Assembly: GCA_965644315.1 (NCBI GenBank)
Contig: CBFFRQ010000040.1
Coordinates: 248,001-312,000 of the forward strand
From: Caecitellus pseudoparvulus
Lineage: Eukaryota > Protista > Bigyra: Bicosoecida
DNA length: 64,000 nt
Reading direction: 5' to 3'
Shown: positions 11,230 to 20,477 of the stretch, piece by piece
Numbering within the stretch: the stretch's first letter is position 1
How the letters are laid out: the number at the start of each line of letters is the position of its first letter
Notes under the pieces: generated by a model
The model's database searches: none
Seen by the model: the letters and a program-made list of their open reading frames with translations, nothing else
What the model was told of the DNA's origin: nothing
Made by a program: the position numbers and the translations under genes

Positions 11230-14131
11230 CGTCGCAGGAACGCACTGTGCTCAGGCGGTGTGCAATGATCAGCACCGTCCGGGAGCGGTCTGCCATGAGA
11301 TTGTTCACGGCCTGCTGCACGGCGTGCTCTGAGGCGGCGTCCAGGGCCGACGTGGCTTCGTCCAGAGCCAGCACCACTGGGTTCCGCAGAATGGCCCGTG
11401 CCAGGGCAATGCGTTGCTTCTGGCCACCGGAGAGAGAGGTGCCGCGCTCGCCGCACAGTGTGTCGTACCCATGTGGCAGCTTCTGCACAAACGCATGCGC
11501 GTCGGCCAGGCGTGCGGCGGCCTCCACGGCACTCTGCTTCACGCGGCCGTGAGTGTCGTAAATGTCACGCAGCTGCGCCGTGGCCTCCTGCTGCCACGTC
11601 GTCGCCGCATCGCCTGTGTGTGGGTGTGCAGTCTGTGACCCCACGCTGCCATCCCCACCTGGCGGCGCGAACAGACGCTGGTACCGCTGCAAGTCCGCCT
11701 CGCGCTTCTGCATGTCGGCGAGGAACGCCGCCTCCGTCGCCCACCCAGGCGCCTTGAACCGCTTCACCTCCCCAGACGCCTCCTTCGCCCTGCGCCGCTT
11801 GATGGCCTTGTGCATGGCGCGTTGCTCTGCACGCTGCTTCCGTGACAGTGTCTGCCCAGCGCCCCCTGCCTGCGCCCCCCCCAGCAAGGGGCGGTACCCC
11901 CCCTCCACATCCACACCACCCTGCACTGGCCCGCGCCTGGCCACACCCCCCTCCTCACCATCATCATCATCATCATCCGAGGAGTCCTCCCCCCAGATGG
12001 CCTGCTCCTCCCCCGCCTCCACCTCCTCCCCGCTGTCCTCGGAGGAGTCCCCCTCCTCCTCCACCTCGTCGCCCCACCGCAAACTCTCGCTCTCCAGCCC
12101 CAGCACGATGTTGTCACGCACACTGCGGGCCAGCAGCACTGGCTCCTGCTGCACCAGGCCAATCACCCGCCGTCGCCAGGTGACGTCGTACTGGCCCAGG
12201 GGCCTGCCGTCCAGGCAAATGCTGCCTGCCGTGGGGTCGTAGAACCGCTGCAGCAGTCGGATGACGGAGGACTTGCCGTTGCCTGAGCCGCCCACGAGCG
12301 CCACGGACTGCCCTGCCTGGATGTCCAGCGTGAACCCTCGCAGAACAGCCGCCTGGGGCCGCGTGGGGTAGGCGAAGTGCACGTCGGTGAAGGAGAGGCG
12401 CCCCTGCACTTGCCTGCGGGGCAGAGTCAGGCGCCCCGTCTCGCGCACGGTGGGCGCCGAGTCCATGATGCGGAACACTTTGTCAGCTGCGCCCACCGCC
12501 TGCATGAGCCCCGAGAACACGTTGGCGATGGAGGACAGGGCGTCTGTGAGGGTGACTTGGTACAGCAGGAAGGAGATGAGGGCGCCTGGTGACACGCGGC
12601 CGTGGAAAATCAACCACCCACCGGCGTACAGCAGGGCAGCGGTGATGGCTGAGGGCATGAACGTAAAAATGCCCACATACAAGAAGTATGCCAGCGCCTG
12701 CATCACTGACAAGTGCAGGAAGGTGCCCAGCTTGCTGGCGTGGTGCTGCTGCACGGCGCCCTCTGCACCCAGCGTCTTGACTGTCGCGATGGCGCCCAGC
12801 GTCTCCTGCGCCACGGCGTTGGCCACCGCGATGGAGCTCTGGATGCGCTTGTACAGCTTGCGGACGTACTCGCCGTACACCTTCGTCAGCAGCGTGAGGG
12901 GTGGCACCATCATGAACACGACGATGGTGAGCTGCCACGACAGCGACAGCATGAACCCCAACGTGCCCAGTGCCTGGATGGAGCTGCGCAGGAAAATGTT
13001 CAGCTGCAGAGAGATGCTGTCCCCCACTTTCGTCACGTCAGCAGCCATGCGAGACACCAGCTCCCCTGTGCGCACCGTGTCGTAGTACGCCATGTCCTGC
13101 ATCACCAACGCGTCAAACAGGCGCTGCCGCAAGCGCACCTTGAGCCGGGAGAACGCCACAGTCATCATGCTGCCCCGTACGCCGGCAAAGACTCCTGCAG
13201 CCAGCGCCACACATACCAAGATGATGATGCCTTCATGGAAAGCTGCCTTGTCCCCCTTGATGGCCACCGCGTCCACCACCTTGCCAGTGTACAGCGGCAG
13301 CGCCGTTTGAGCAGCGGCAGCAATGCACAGGCCCCCGAAGCCCAGAGCCAGGAACAGACCATCCGCACCAGCCAGCGCAAGCAGGCGTGAAATGTTGGCA
13401 CCAGTGGAGCTCTTTGCCTCCTCCGCCTCAGAGGACGGCGGGTACGCCTGCACGCCCTCCGCACCTCCCCCTGCGTTTCCACTGCTGCCTGCAACGCCAC
13501 GTCGGCCTACCCTCGGCGACAGCTGCACGGCAACACCCCCATCTGACGGCTGCACCTCCGCAGACGACATGCTCCGCTCAAACACCTCGCCCTTCATGTC
13601 TGCCAGACGCTGCCGCCGTGCCGTGGACAGTGCCTGCGTCACCGCTGCATGCAGCGCCAAGGCTGTCGCGCCGGAGCACAGCGTCAGTGCAGCAGACACC
13701 GTCCAGAAAGCAGGGTCATGCGTGTCATGCACGGCAGCAAACATGACCTTGCTCAGAGCGTACACAGATGCCAGGAAGGCGGTGCCTGTCAGCCACCGTG
13801 CGCCTGTACGGATCTTCGCGGCAGCAGCCTTCGCAACACGCCGACTGCTGAGCACATAGGCACGCGCCATGGCCGGTAGGCCCGCTGCGAACACCAACGC
13901 CGGCAGCCCTGTCGCGATGCTCAGAATGGCGACATCCAGGATGTTCGTCCAGAACAGGTACGCGCCCCACAGCTCACGCGTGCCGCCAGTGTGAGGTAGC
14001 CGAACCTGCACCACGATCGCCACTGCACTCGCGAGCAGTTGGATTGCCGCGCATGACACGGTCAGGGCGATGAGATTGCAACATGGTGCTTTACGTTCCT
14101 TGGGCCCCTTGGTCTCAGAGGGTGCAGCCAT
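11072..14131 (-). CDS. ABCB-family half transporter (TAP/ABCB9/ABCB10-like), intronless
   Basis: Extra N-terminal TM region, ABC membrane domain, Walker A GGSGNGKS, Q-loop VQQEPVL, signature LSGGQKQRIALARA, Walker B/D-loop LALDEATSALD, switch IAHRLST. Confidence 0.95.
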   Translation of the reverse strand: MAAPSETKGPKERKAPCCNLIALTVSCAAIQLLASAVAIVVQVRLPHTGGTRELWGAYLFWTNILDVAILSIATGLPALVFAAGLPAMARAYVLSSRRVAKAAAAKIRTGARWLTGTAFLASVYALSKVMFAAVHDTHDPAFWTVSAALTLCSGATALALHAAVTQALSTARRQRLADMKGEVFERSMSSAEVQPSDGGVAVQLSPRVGRRGVAGSSGNAGGGAEGVQAYPPSSEAEEAKSSTGANISRLLALAGADGLFLALGFGGLCIAAAAQTALPLYTGKVVDAVAIKGDKAAFHEGIIILVCVALAAGVFAGVRGSMMTVAFSRLKVRLRQRLFDALVMQDMAYYDTVRTGELVSRMAADVTKVGDSISLQLNIFLRSSIQALGTLGFMLSLSWQLTIVVFMMVPPLTLLTKVYGEYVRKLYKRIQSSIAVANAVAQETLGAIATVKTLGAEGAVQQHHASKLGTFLHLSVMQALAYFLYVGIFTFMPSAITAALLYAGGWLIFHGRVSPGALISFLLYQVTLTDALSSIANVFSGLMQAVGAADKVFRIMDSAPTVRETGRLTLPRRQVQGRLSFTDVHFAYPTRPQAAVLRGFTLDIQAGQSVALVGGSGNGKSSVIRLLQRFYDPTAGSICLDGRPLGQYDVTWRRRVIGLVQQEPVLLARSVRDNIVLGLESESLRWGDEVEEEGDSSEDSGEEVEAGEEQAIWGEDSSDDDDDDGEEGGVARRGPVQGGVDVEGGYRPLLGGAQAGGAGQTLSRKQRAEQRAMHKAIKRRRAKEASGEVKRFKAPGWATEAAFLADMQKREADLQRYQRLFAPPGGDGSVGSQTAHPHTGDAATTWQQEATAQLRDIYDTHGRVKQSAVEAAARLADAHAFVQKLPHGYDTLCGERGTSLSGGQKQRIALARAILRNPVVLALDEATSALDAASEHAVQQAVNNLMADRSRTVLIIAHRLSTVRSCDVICVVLDGRVVESGSHEALLAKRGHYFDLVQRQLDSPQGTAEEDHPTDQTTS

Positions 14132-14533
14132 TGTGTTCGGGGCGAAAGCGTGCTCTGACGTTGCAAGTTCCGCACTCCTGCTCTGGCGGTATTCCTCGTG
14201 GACACAGCCGACGATCGGAAGCTCAAGAAAGTAAACTTAGGACCCCCTGGGTTCCAACCTAAGGTAGTGGTGAGCTGCCGAGTCGAAAGACTTTGGGCAG
14301 TGCTTCCTCCACGGCAACTGGAAGGCGCTGGTCCGGCCACAAAACACCCGAACTGTTGCACAGACCCCCCCCCACACACACCTAGACAAGGCATGCCCAG
14401 CCTCAAGCGCAATGGAAAGTAGTTCGTCAAGCCATTCAGACCACGCTCTGATGCCACGCTGCTCCACCCCAGTGTCACCCACTGCCAACCGTCGCAAGCT
14501 GCCACCTCCCTCCCCTTGCGGTAATTGCTTCAC

Positions 14534-15213
14534 ATGGCGTCCCCCGCACCCCAGGCTGTGCAGCAAACAGTCAGACGGTGGCTGGCGGATTACATCGTAG
14601 GGCTCCGACTGTGCCCGTACGCCGCCCCTGTCCTGCAGCAGACCCTCATCCTCCAGGCCAGACCCCAGCAAAGCCCTGCGGAGGCAGTCACTGCAGCCAG
14701 CACAGTGCTCTCCAACGACCCCACCACCACCGCAGCCCCCGTGACGGCCCTGGTGGTGCTGCCACAGCGCAGGTACAGGCGCCTGTCCCCCTTTGTCCGT
14801 GCCGCAGAGGCCGCTGACCAGGCCCTGGCGACAGCCGCCCCTCAAACCAAGCTGGCCTTCTTCCACCCACGCATGCAGCACACGGCAGGCAGCGAGGCGG
14901 AGCAGCCGGAGGACTTTGCAGGGCGTGGTCCCTTCCCCATGCTGCATGTGCTGCGTGTGTGTGACTTGGTCCGTGTGGAGAGCCAGGGGCTGCCGCATGG
15001 CCAGCAAGGTGCGCCACGAGCCATGACCCAACTGCCCTGTGCCACAACAACACACCACCCTGGCCGCCACCCGCCCCCCCCCCCGTCGCAGTGTCCGATG
15101 CAAACAACAAGCGCCTGCGCAGGCTGGGCCTGCCGCGCCTGCAGCAGCTCCTGGCAGAAGTGAGCGCTGGTGAAGCACCCCCTGCGCACCACCACCACGC
15201 CGCCCGTCGCTGA
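14534..15213 (+). CDS. DUF1415-family protein, 2 exons
   Basis: TVRRWLADYIVGLRLCPYA, LAFFHP and FAGRGPFPMLHVLR match DUF1415 hallmarks. An intron at about 15009-15091 restores the typical tail VSDANNKRLRRLG, with stop at 15211-15213. Confidence 0.82.
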
Positions 15214-15303
15214 CGCCGACGCCGCTCGTGGAGCCACTCTCGACCAGGCCCTCGCGCAAGGCATGCATTATTGATGTTACTTCCACTTGCTCCACGCTCT
15301 GGG

Positions 15304-16108
15304 TCACTGCGGCCTGCCACCTGTGGGGCCCACGCCTGAGACCTTCACTAGATCCCGCTGGTGCGTTGCTAGCAGGACTGGCTCGTCATGGGCGTGTGGC
15401 TTGAAGTCATAGCTGGGGCAAGGGAGGATGTGTGCAGAGATCACGTGGAGGCACCGTCTCTGCGTGGCCCTTGTGGCACCCTGCGCGGCGGGGGGGGCTT
15501 ACATAATGGTGGCGGTGGCTTCTGGTGCGCCGGCTGGTGCGCCGTCAATGCCAATCTCCTGCAACGTCCACTTGTCATTCGTGATGGCGTTGCTCTTCGC
15601 ATCAATGCTCTTGTACAGTGTTAACTCTGCCATGCGACCGTGCTTCTCTACGAGCTTGCGCTGCGAGCAGGCAGGCCGTGAGGCAGGCGTGGCACACAAA
15701 CACCGCCCGCTGGCGGTCAGGGCTCCCCGCACCTTGATCGAATACATGGGCGTGTCGACCCGCAGCTTGAACCGGTGCTGAATGAACTCCCACCCTCGCA
15801 GCTCAAGCGTGACGGTGACAAAGCGCTCCCCCGTGCTCTCCTGCAGCGCCTGCAGCTGCGGCATCATCTGCGAGAAGCAGAAACGCCAGTGCCACGTGAG
15901 CCAGCCCTTAGCTGCGTGGTGGCATGACAGCGCCTGCTGGCGCACAACCACGTCATAGTTGGGTGTCTGTCTGTTTGCGCGGTGGGACGTATGCAAAGCA
16001 CGCTTCACACCCAAGCCACGCCTGGGCACGACAACAGATCAGCCAAAGCGTCGCCGCGACACACACCTGGGCGGCCGACACCGCAGTGCTGGAGGCTGCA
16101 GAAGCCAT
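15304..16108 (-). CDS. Small multi-exon protein with possible ubiquitin-like fold
   Basis: Spliced reading MASAASSTAVSAAQ|...ERFVTVTLELRGWEFIQHRFKLRVDTPMYSIK|RKLVEKHGRMAELTLYK...KWTLQEIGIDG...I|YDFKPHAHDEPVLLA with canonical GT-AG sites. The TLQEIGI segment resembles the ubiquitin-like TLxDxGI motif. 5' exons are uncertain. Confidence 0.6.
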
Positions 16109-16425
16109 TGAAGACCGTGATTAAGCTCAACACTAAACCTTTAAGTGATGTTGTTGTATGTGGTTGCTTCTTCAGCATTCATCATGGTTTGCAGGGCTTG
16201 TTTTTTGGGTGGCACCGCACGACTGCATTGCTCAGTTGCTTGGCTTACCGAAGACATGGCGTGCAGATGCCACGGCCTCCCTGCGCAGGCATCTGAAAGG
16301 CTGGCATGGAAAGAAAACACTGTATTCACAAGCCGAGCTTGGTGATCCGCCCATCGCGAGAGATTTTACTCTCCCTCAAGGCCAAGCGAGGCACAGCGAC
16401 GTCAAGCGCATGAGTAGGACCAGAC

Positions 16426-19400
16426 TCAAACGCGCCGAGGGCCCGCTTGGGCCTGCCTCTGGGCCATGAGCGGGTTATTGCGGACAAACCCGTCCCCCGT
16501 CGAAGCAGAGGGGGGCTGTGGAGCGTAAGCCACTGCATGGCGCTGGGGGGCGGAGTTTCCCGCTGCCTGCTGGGAACGCTCTGCACGGGAGAGCGCACGG
16601 GTGCGCTGCTGGGAAGGCGGGGGTGCCTCCGTCTCGCTAGGTGGTGCCGAGGCTTGCACAGGCTTAGATTCTCCTCCCGCTGGTGGACCCGACTTGGCGG
16701 TGGTCTTGAGGGAGGGTGGGGTGTTCTGGCCTCGAACCTTGAACCACCACACAGCGGCCAGTGCTGCCCCGATGACTAGCACCGCAGCGATGCTGGCGCC
16801 TGCGATCACCCCTGCACCACCGCCGTCCTCCTTGGCCACCTTGTCAGAACTCGCAGCAGCCGATGTCCCGGCGCCGCCACCGCCACCAGACGTTGCTCCG
16901 TCGTTGCCAGCCGAGCCTCCGCCACCTGCAGCACCTTCCCCTCCGCCCTGGCTCCCAACCCCCCCTGTTCGGGGCAAGGCTGATGGAGAGCTGCTTGGTC
17001 CTTCAATCCCTTCCACAATGGCTTGATCTGAGGGAGTGGGCTGTGGGGTGCGGGCGCCTGTTGAACTGGGACTGGGTGGGGGAGGAGTTTGAGACGGTGT
17101 GGGGGCCGCTGAGGGGGATCGCGAAGGGAAGGGACTGGCGTGCGCGTTGTAGTACCATGGCCCTTGAAGCTCCTCGCTGATTGGCTCGCATTGAAACCAC
17201 CCGCTCGGGCAGTAGAAGTTGCACAAACCATTCTCACGCTTCACCAATACGGACCCATCTGAGCAGCCGAAGTCGTCACTTGCCCATCCATTGCAGGCGA
17301 CTGACCCTGAATCCAGAACGTTGAACTCATCAACATTGCCTGCAATGAGTTGGGCATTCGGTGGGCAGAGGGGTGGAGGGGTTGCCGCTGCTGAGGAGGA
17401 GGGCGCTGGTGCTGAGGACGTTGTGGGGGATGGTGTCGGGTGGAGCGCGCACAAGTGTGTGGAATACCGTGTGGGAACCGGCAGATTCAAACCAATGTCC
17501 AGCACTGAGAATGCACCCAGAAGCGTGGTATCTCCGAAGTACGGGAAGTCAACGATCACATCAGCAATGCCAATGTCCATCCCAGCCCTGCCGACCCGCA
17601 GCCCTGCAGTTCCTGTACTGTAGCTGTCTGCACAAGCTCCGGATACCTGCCGCTGCAGAGCTGTGCCTGGAGACTGCTCCAAGTTCTGAAGCTGGCGTCG
17701 AGCGGGGTCAAAGTCGAGCTCCGTCTCAAGGTAAGGGATAATCGACAGCGGGACGGTGTCGTAAAGAGTCAGCAGAATCTGAGTTCCAAGTTGGTACTTC
17801 GCCAGGCCTGATCGTACCGTGACGCCATTAGACGTAACTGAGGGCCCGATCTTCGTCAAGGACTGCCTGAGAGATGCAATTGTGTCCCATCCAGAGTTCT
17901 GCCTGACGAAGCTGCCACACTTCGCCCACTTGAATCCACTTGATCTGCTGGACTCCACAACGCTTGACGTACAGCCTTCATTTACATAGCACCAAAGGTA
18001 CCAAAAACCCCCATACGTGCAGCCACTTACACAGTAGCAGCTTGAAGAAGCACTTGGCTTCAGTTTGTTTGAGTACTTCACGCCAAGGCTTGCGTCAGTC
18101 AGTGTGTACCTCGCACCCACTTCTGCACGAAGGCCACTTAGCGTCGAGAATGGTTTGCGTGAGGCAAGGCTGACGTCTACATCAATGTGAACTGGAAGTG
18201 AGCCAATGTACACAGTCAGCTCTTGTACCTTTTTCAGTTGTGTCATCCGCCCCCAAATCGATGAAGTTGCCGTCGATTCAGTTGCGACGATGAGAGCTCT
18301 TGCAGAGCCGGAAAACGTGACCTTTGCGACCAAGTGGGGGACTCCAAATCCGGCCGAGCCAGCAAATGCCGAGAGCTCCACAATGACGCGAGCATCAAAG
18401 CTGAAGTAGGTGTTCTCAAACCATATGTTTCTGATTGTGGAGAACGGGTACAGCTTCTCGCGGATAACATTCCCTGAGCTGTCCACGTTCCAGCGCCAAG
18501 TGTACACTGTCGCCGAACAGTCAAACAAGGCGTACCCATTTGTGGTTACCGTGGTAAAGTCGCTGTTGACGCACGAAATGCTTGCGCGGCGCTTCGCGTC
18601 TGCTGCAGTCTCATTGGAGGCAGGACCTGGCAGCAGGGCGGTGTCGTTCTGTGGCTTGCCTGGGGACACGTCAATCACGGACTCAATCACGGCCGCACCA
18701 GCCAAAGGAGACAGTTTTTTCACGTGCATGTTGTACTGCAACAGGCCAGACTCCAGCAACGTGTCAGCCACATCCAGCACGCGCACCAGGAAGCCGTTGT
18801 CCACGTGGGAGTCATCCAAGTTGCAGCCCCACTGTGTGTCCCCTTCCAGCGCTGTGACGTTGGCTTCGATGGGCAGTGGGTGCGCAGATGTGATGGTGAT
18901 CACTGGGGCCGCGGTGCAGTCCACCTCCAGCACCTCTGCCCGATCATCCAGAGACAGCACCTCGGGGCGCACCAGCACATCGTACCCGATGCTAATGTTT
19001 CCCATTGTCTCGCTGGAGGCGCTGGCCAGCATGCGGTGGCGGCGGGATCCGTCGGGGAGGGTGTAAAGGGGCTTCGTTCGCAGAGTGATCAGATGCAGGG
19101 GGCTCTTCAGCACAGGTGGTGACAGTGCACGGCGGTGCACTGATGCAGAGGGGTGCTGGGCTTCCAGAAGCGCACGGGCCCCAGTGTGGTCGAAGGAGTG
19201 GGTCGCAGTTGGGTATGCGAAGTTCAGCAACGGCTTGGGGGCAGAGGCGTCTGCAGCAGCTGCCCTCCGGCGCTGAGTGCACCATGCAGCTTTGAAGCCT
19301 GAGCTGTCAGCGGCTCTCGCGACACGCTGCATGTACTTGTCTGCAAGAGAACCAGACCTCAAGCTGCTGGCATCGGGGCAGTCTTGCACAAAGGCGTGCA

Positions 19401-19845
19401 CGGCGGTGAGGACGTGGCGTTGCACTTCGGCGTGGTCGGCGGAGTGCAGCCCGGAATCAAGTGTGACGAACACCCGTTCTTGGGCAAGTGCCACGCGAGC
19501 CTCGGCGTGCTCCTTTGCTGTCTCGGGCATGGCAGTGTCAACCATGAGCTTGGCAGCGTCCATGAGGGCAGTGGCGTCGCCATGGGCGTGCAGTGGAATG
19601 CTGACGTGCAGGGCGGCCCGCGCAAAGTATTCGTCATCGAACTCGCTCAGTCCCAGTGCGTCCGAGGACTGGCTGACCAGTCTGGAGAAGACGTCTGGCA
19701 TGCCATGCTTGGTGTCTGGGCTGTAGATCTGGATGTCAACGGGGTGGGCGTTCTTGGGCGCTGTCGGGTTGGCACCAGCGCGTGCGAGAACGCAAATACA
19801 AGTTGCCGCCCCAAACAGGAGCAACCTGCTGAGAGGCCGCACCAT
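16426..19845 (-). CDS. Type I membrane/surface protein of unknown function (1139 aa)
   Basis: Signal peptide (LLLFGAATCICVLARA), beta-rich body, small Cys modules, Pro/Ser/Thr and Gly stalks, single TM (VIAGASIAAVLVIGAALAAVWWF) and a tail ending with NPL. Confidence 0.85.
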   Translation of the reverse strand: MVRPLSRLLLFGAATCICVLARAGANPTAPKNAHPVDIQIYSPDTKHGMPDVFSRLVSQSSDALGLSEFDDEYFARAALHVSIPLHAHGDATALMDAAKLMVDTAMPETAKEHAEARVALAQERVFVTLDSGLHSADHAEVQRHVLTAVHAFVQDCPDASSLRSGSLADKYMQRVARAADSSGFKAAWCTQRRRAAAADASAPKPLLNFAYPTATHSFDHTGARALLEAQHPSASVHRRALSPPVLKSPLHLITLRTKPLYTLPDGSRRHRMLASASSETMGNISIGYDVLVRPEVLSLDDRAEVLEVDCTAAPVITITSAHPLPIEANVTALEGDTQWGCNLDDSHVDNGFLVRVLDVADTLLESGLLQYNMHVKKLSPLAGAAVIESVIDVSPGKPQNDTALLPGPASNETAADAKRRASISCVNSDFTTVTTNGYALFDCSATVYTWRWNVDSSGNVIREKLYPFSTIRNIWFENTYFSFDARVIVELSAFAGSAGFGVPHLVAKVTFSGSARALIVATESTATSSIWGRMTQLKKVQELTVYIGSLPVHIDVDVSLASRKPFSTLSGLRAEVGARYTLTDASLGVKYSNKLKPSASSSCYCVSGCTYGGFWYLWCYVNEGCTSSVVESSRSSGFKWAKCGSFVRQNSGWDTIASLRQSLTKIGPSVTSNGVTVRSGLAKYQLGTQILLTLYDTVPLSIIPYLETELDFDPARRQLQNLEQSPGTALQRQVSGACADSYSTGTAGLRVGRAGMDIGIADVIVDFPYFGDTTLLGAFSVLDIGLNLPVPTRYSTHLCALHPTPSPTTSSAPAPSSSAAATPPPLCPPNAQLIAGNVDEFNVLDSGSVACNGWASDDFGCSDGSVLVKRENGLCNFYCPSGWFQCEPISEELQGPWYYNAHASPFPSRSPSAAPTPSQTPPPPSPSSTGARTPQPTPSDQAIVEGIEGPSSSPSALPRTGGVGSQGGGEGAAGGGGSAGNDGATSGGGGGAGTSAAASSDKVAKEDGGGAGVIAGASIAAVLVIGAALAAVWWFKVRGQNTPPSLKTTAKSGPPAGGESKPVQASAPPSETEAPPPSQQRTRALSRAERSQQAAGNSAPQRHAVAYAPQPPSASTGDGFVRNNPLMAQRQAQAGPRRV

Positions 19846-20477
19846 GGGGGTAAATTGTATGGCAAGGAGTAAAAGGTAGGGGTCTCAGGAGCTGGACGGG
19901 ATGTTCCTGGCAGTCGGGGGTGAGGAGGATTTGCCCATTGTGGTAGACTTCCAAGGGAGGCTTCCTTCAATGATGGCAGTTCCCACCTCCGCACCGACCG
20001 TGGTGGCGCTTCGGTGATGCCATCGCAGGCACTCGTACGCGGCATGTTGTTTGAAGCTGGGCATCATGCACTGCTACACCATGAGTAGACAGGGATGCCG
20101 CGCACACTCGCCGTTCGTGAGAATGGAGAGGGTGCCGCTGCCTGACTGCGGACGAACGATGTGGACAGGCTTCGATGGTGCCCCAGGCTCAATAGGGTAG
20201 TTTCAAGCCCGTGCTGTCTCTTTCCTTGGCGTGTATTTCGGTGCTGCATGCATCCTACTGCCTGCTCAGTATACTTGTTTGGCCTTGAAGCAGCGACAAA
20301 ACTTAGATGCTCCTAATTTTCATTACCTTTCACTAGGAAGGCCCCAAATGATATCAGCTGTAGTCCCACTAGGACACTTCTTTCGCTTTTACGCACATCG
20401 CAGTCTTGCTTCATTCATTTTTCACAACGAGGGAAACAAGAACAATAGTACCTACTTCTACGCACAGCCTTACCACC

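Noticed and set aside
11545-12095. ABC insertion as an intein
   Set aside because: No N-terminal Cys/Ser block or C-terminal His-Asn; the composition is low-complexity and charged.
14420-14450. ccattcagaccac resembling the 3' conserved region of nuclear RNase P RNA
   Set aside because: No matching upstream GGAA..TCTGA partner for helix P4 was found.
10235-15213. Bacterial-type genes (RsmI, DUF1415) as contamination or recent transfer
   Set aside because: Both contain spliceosomal introns, match the local composition and are interleaved with eukaryotic genes.
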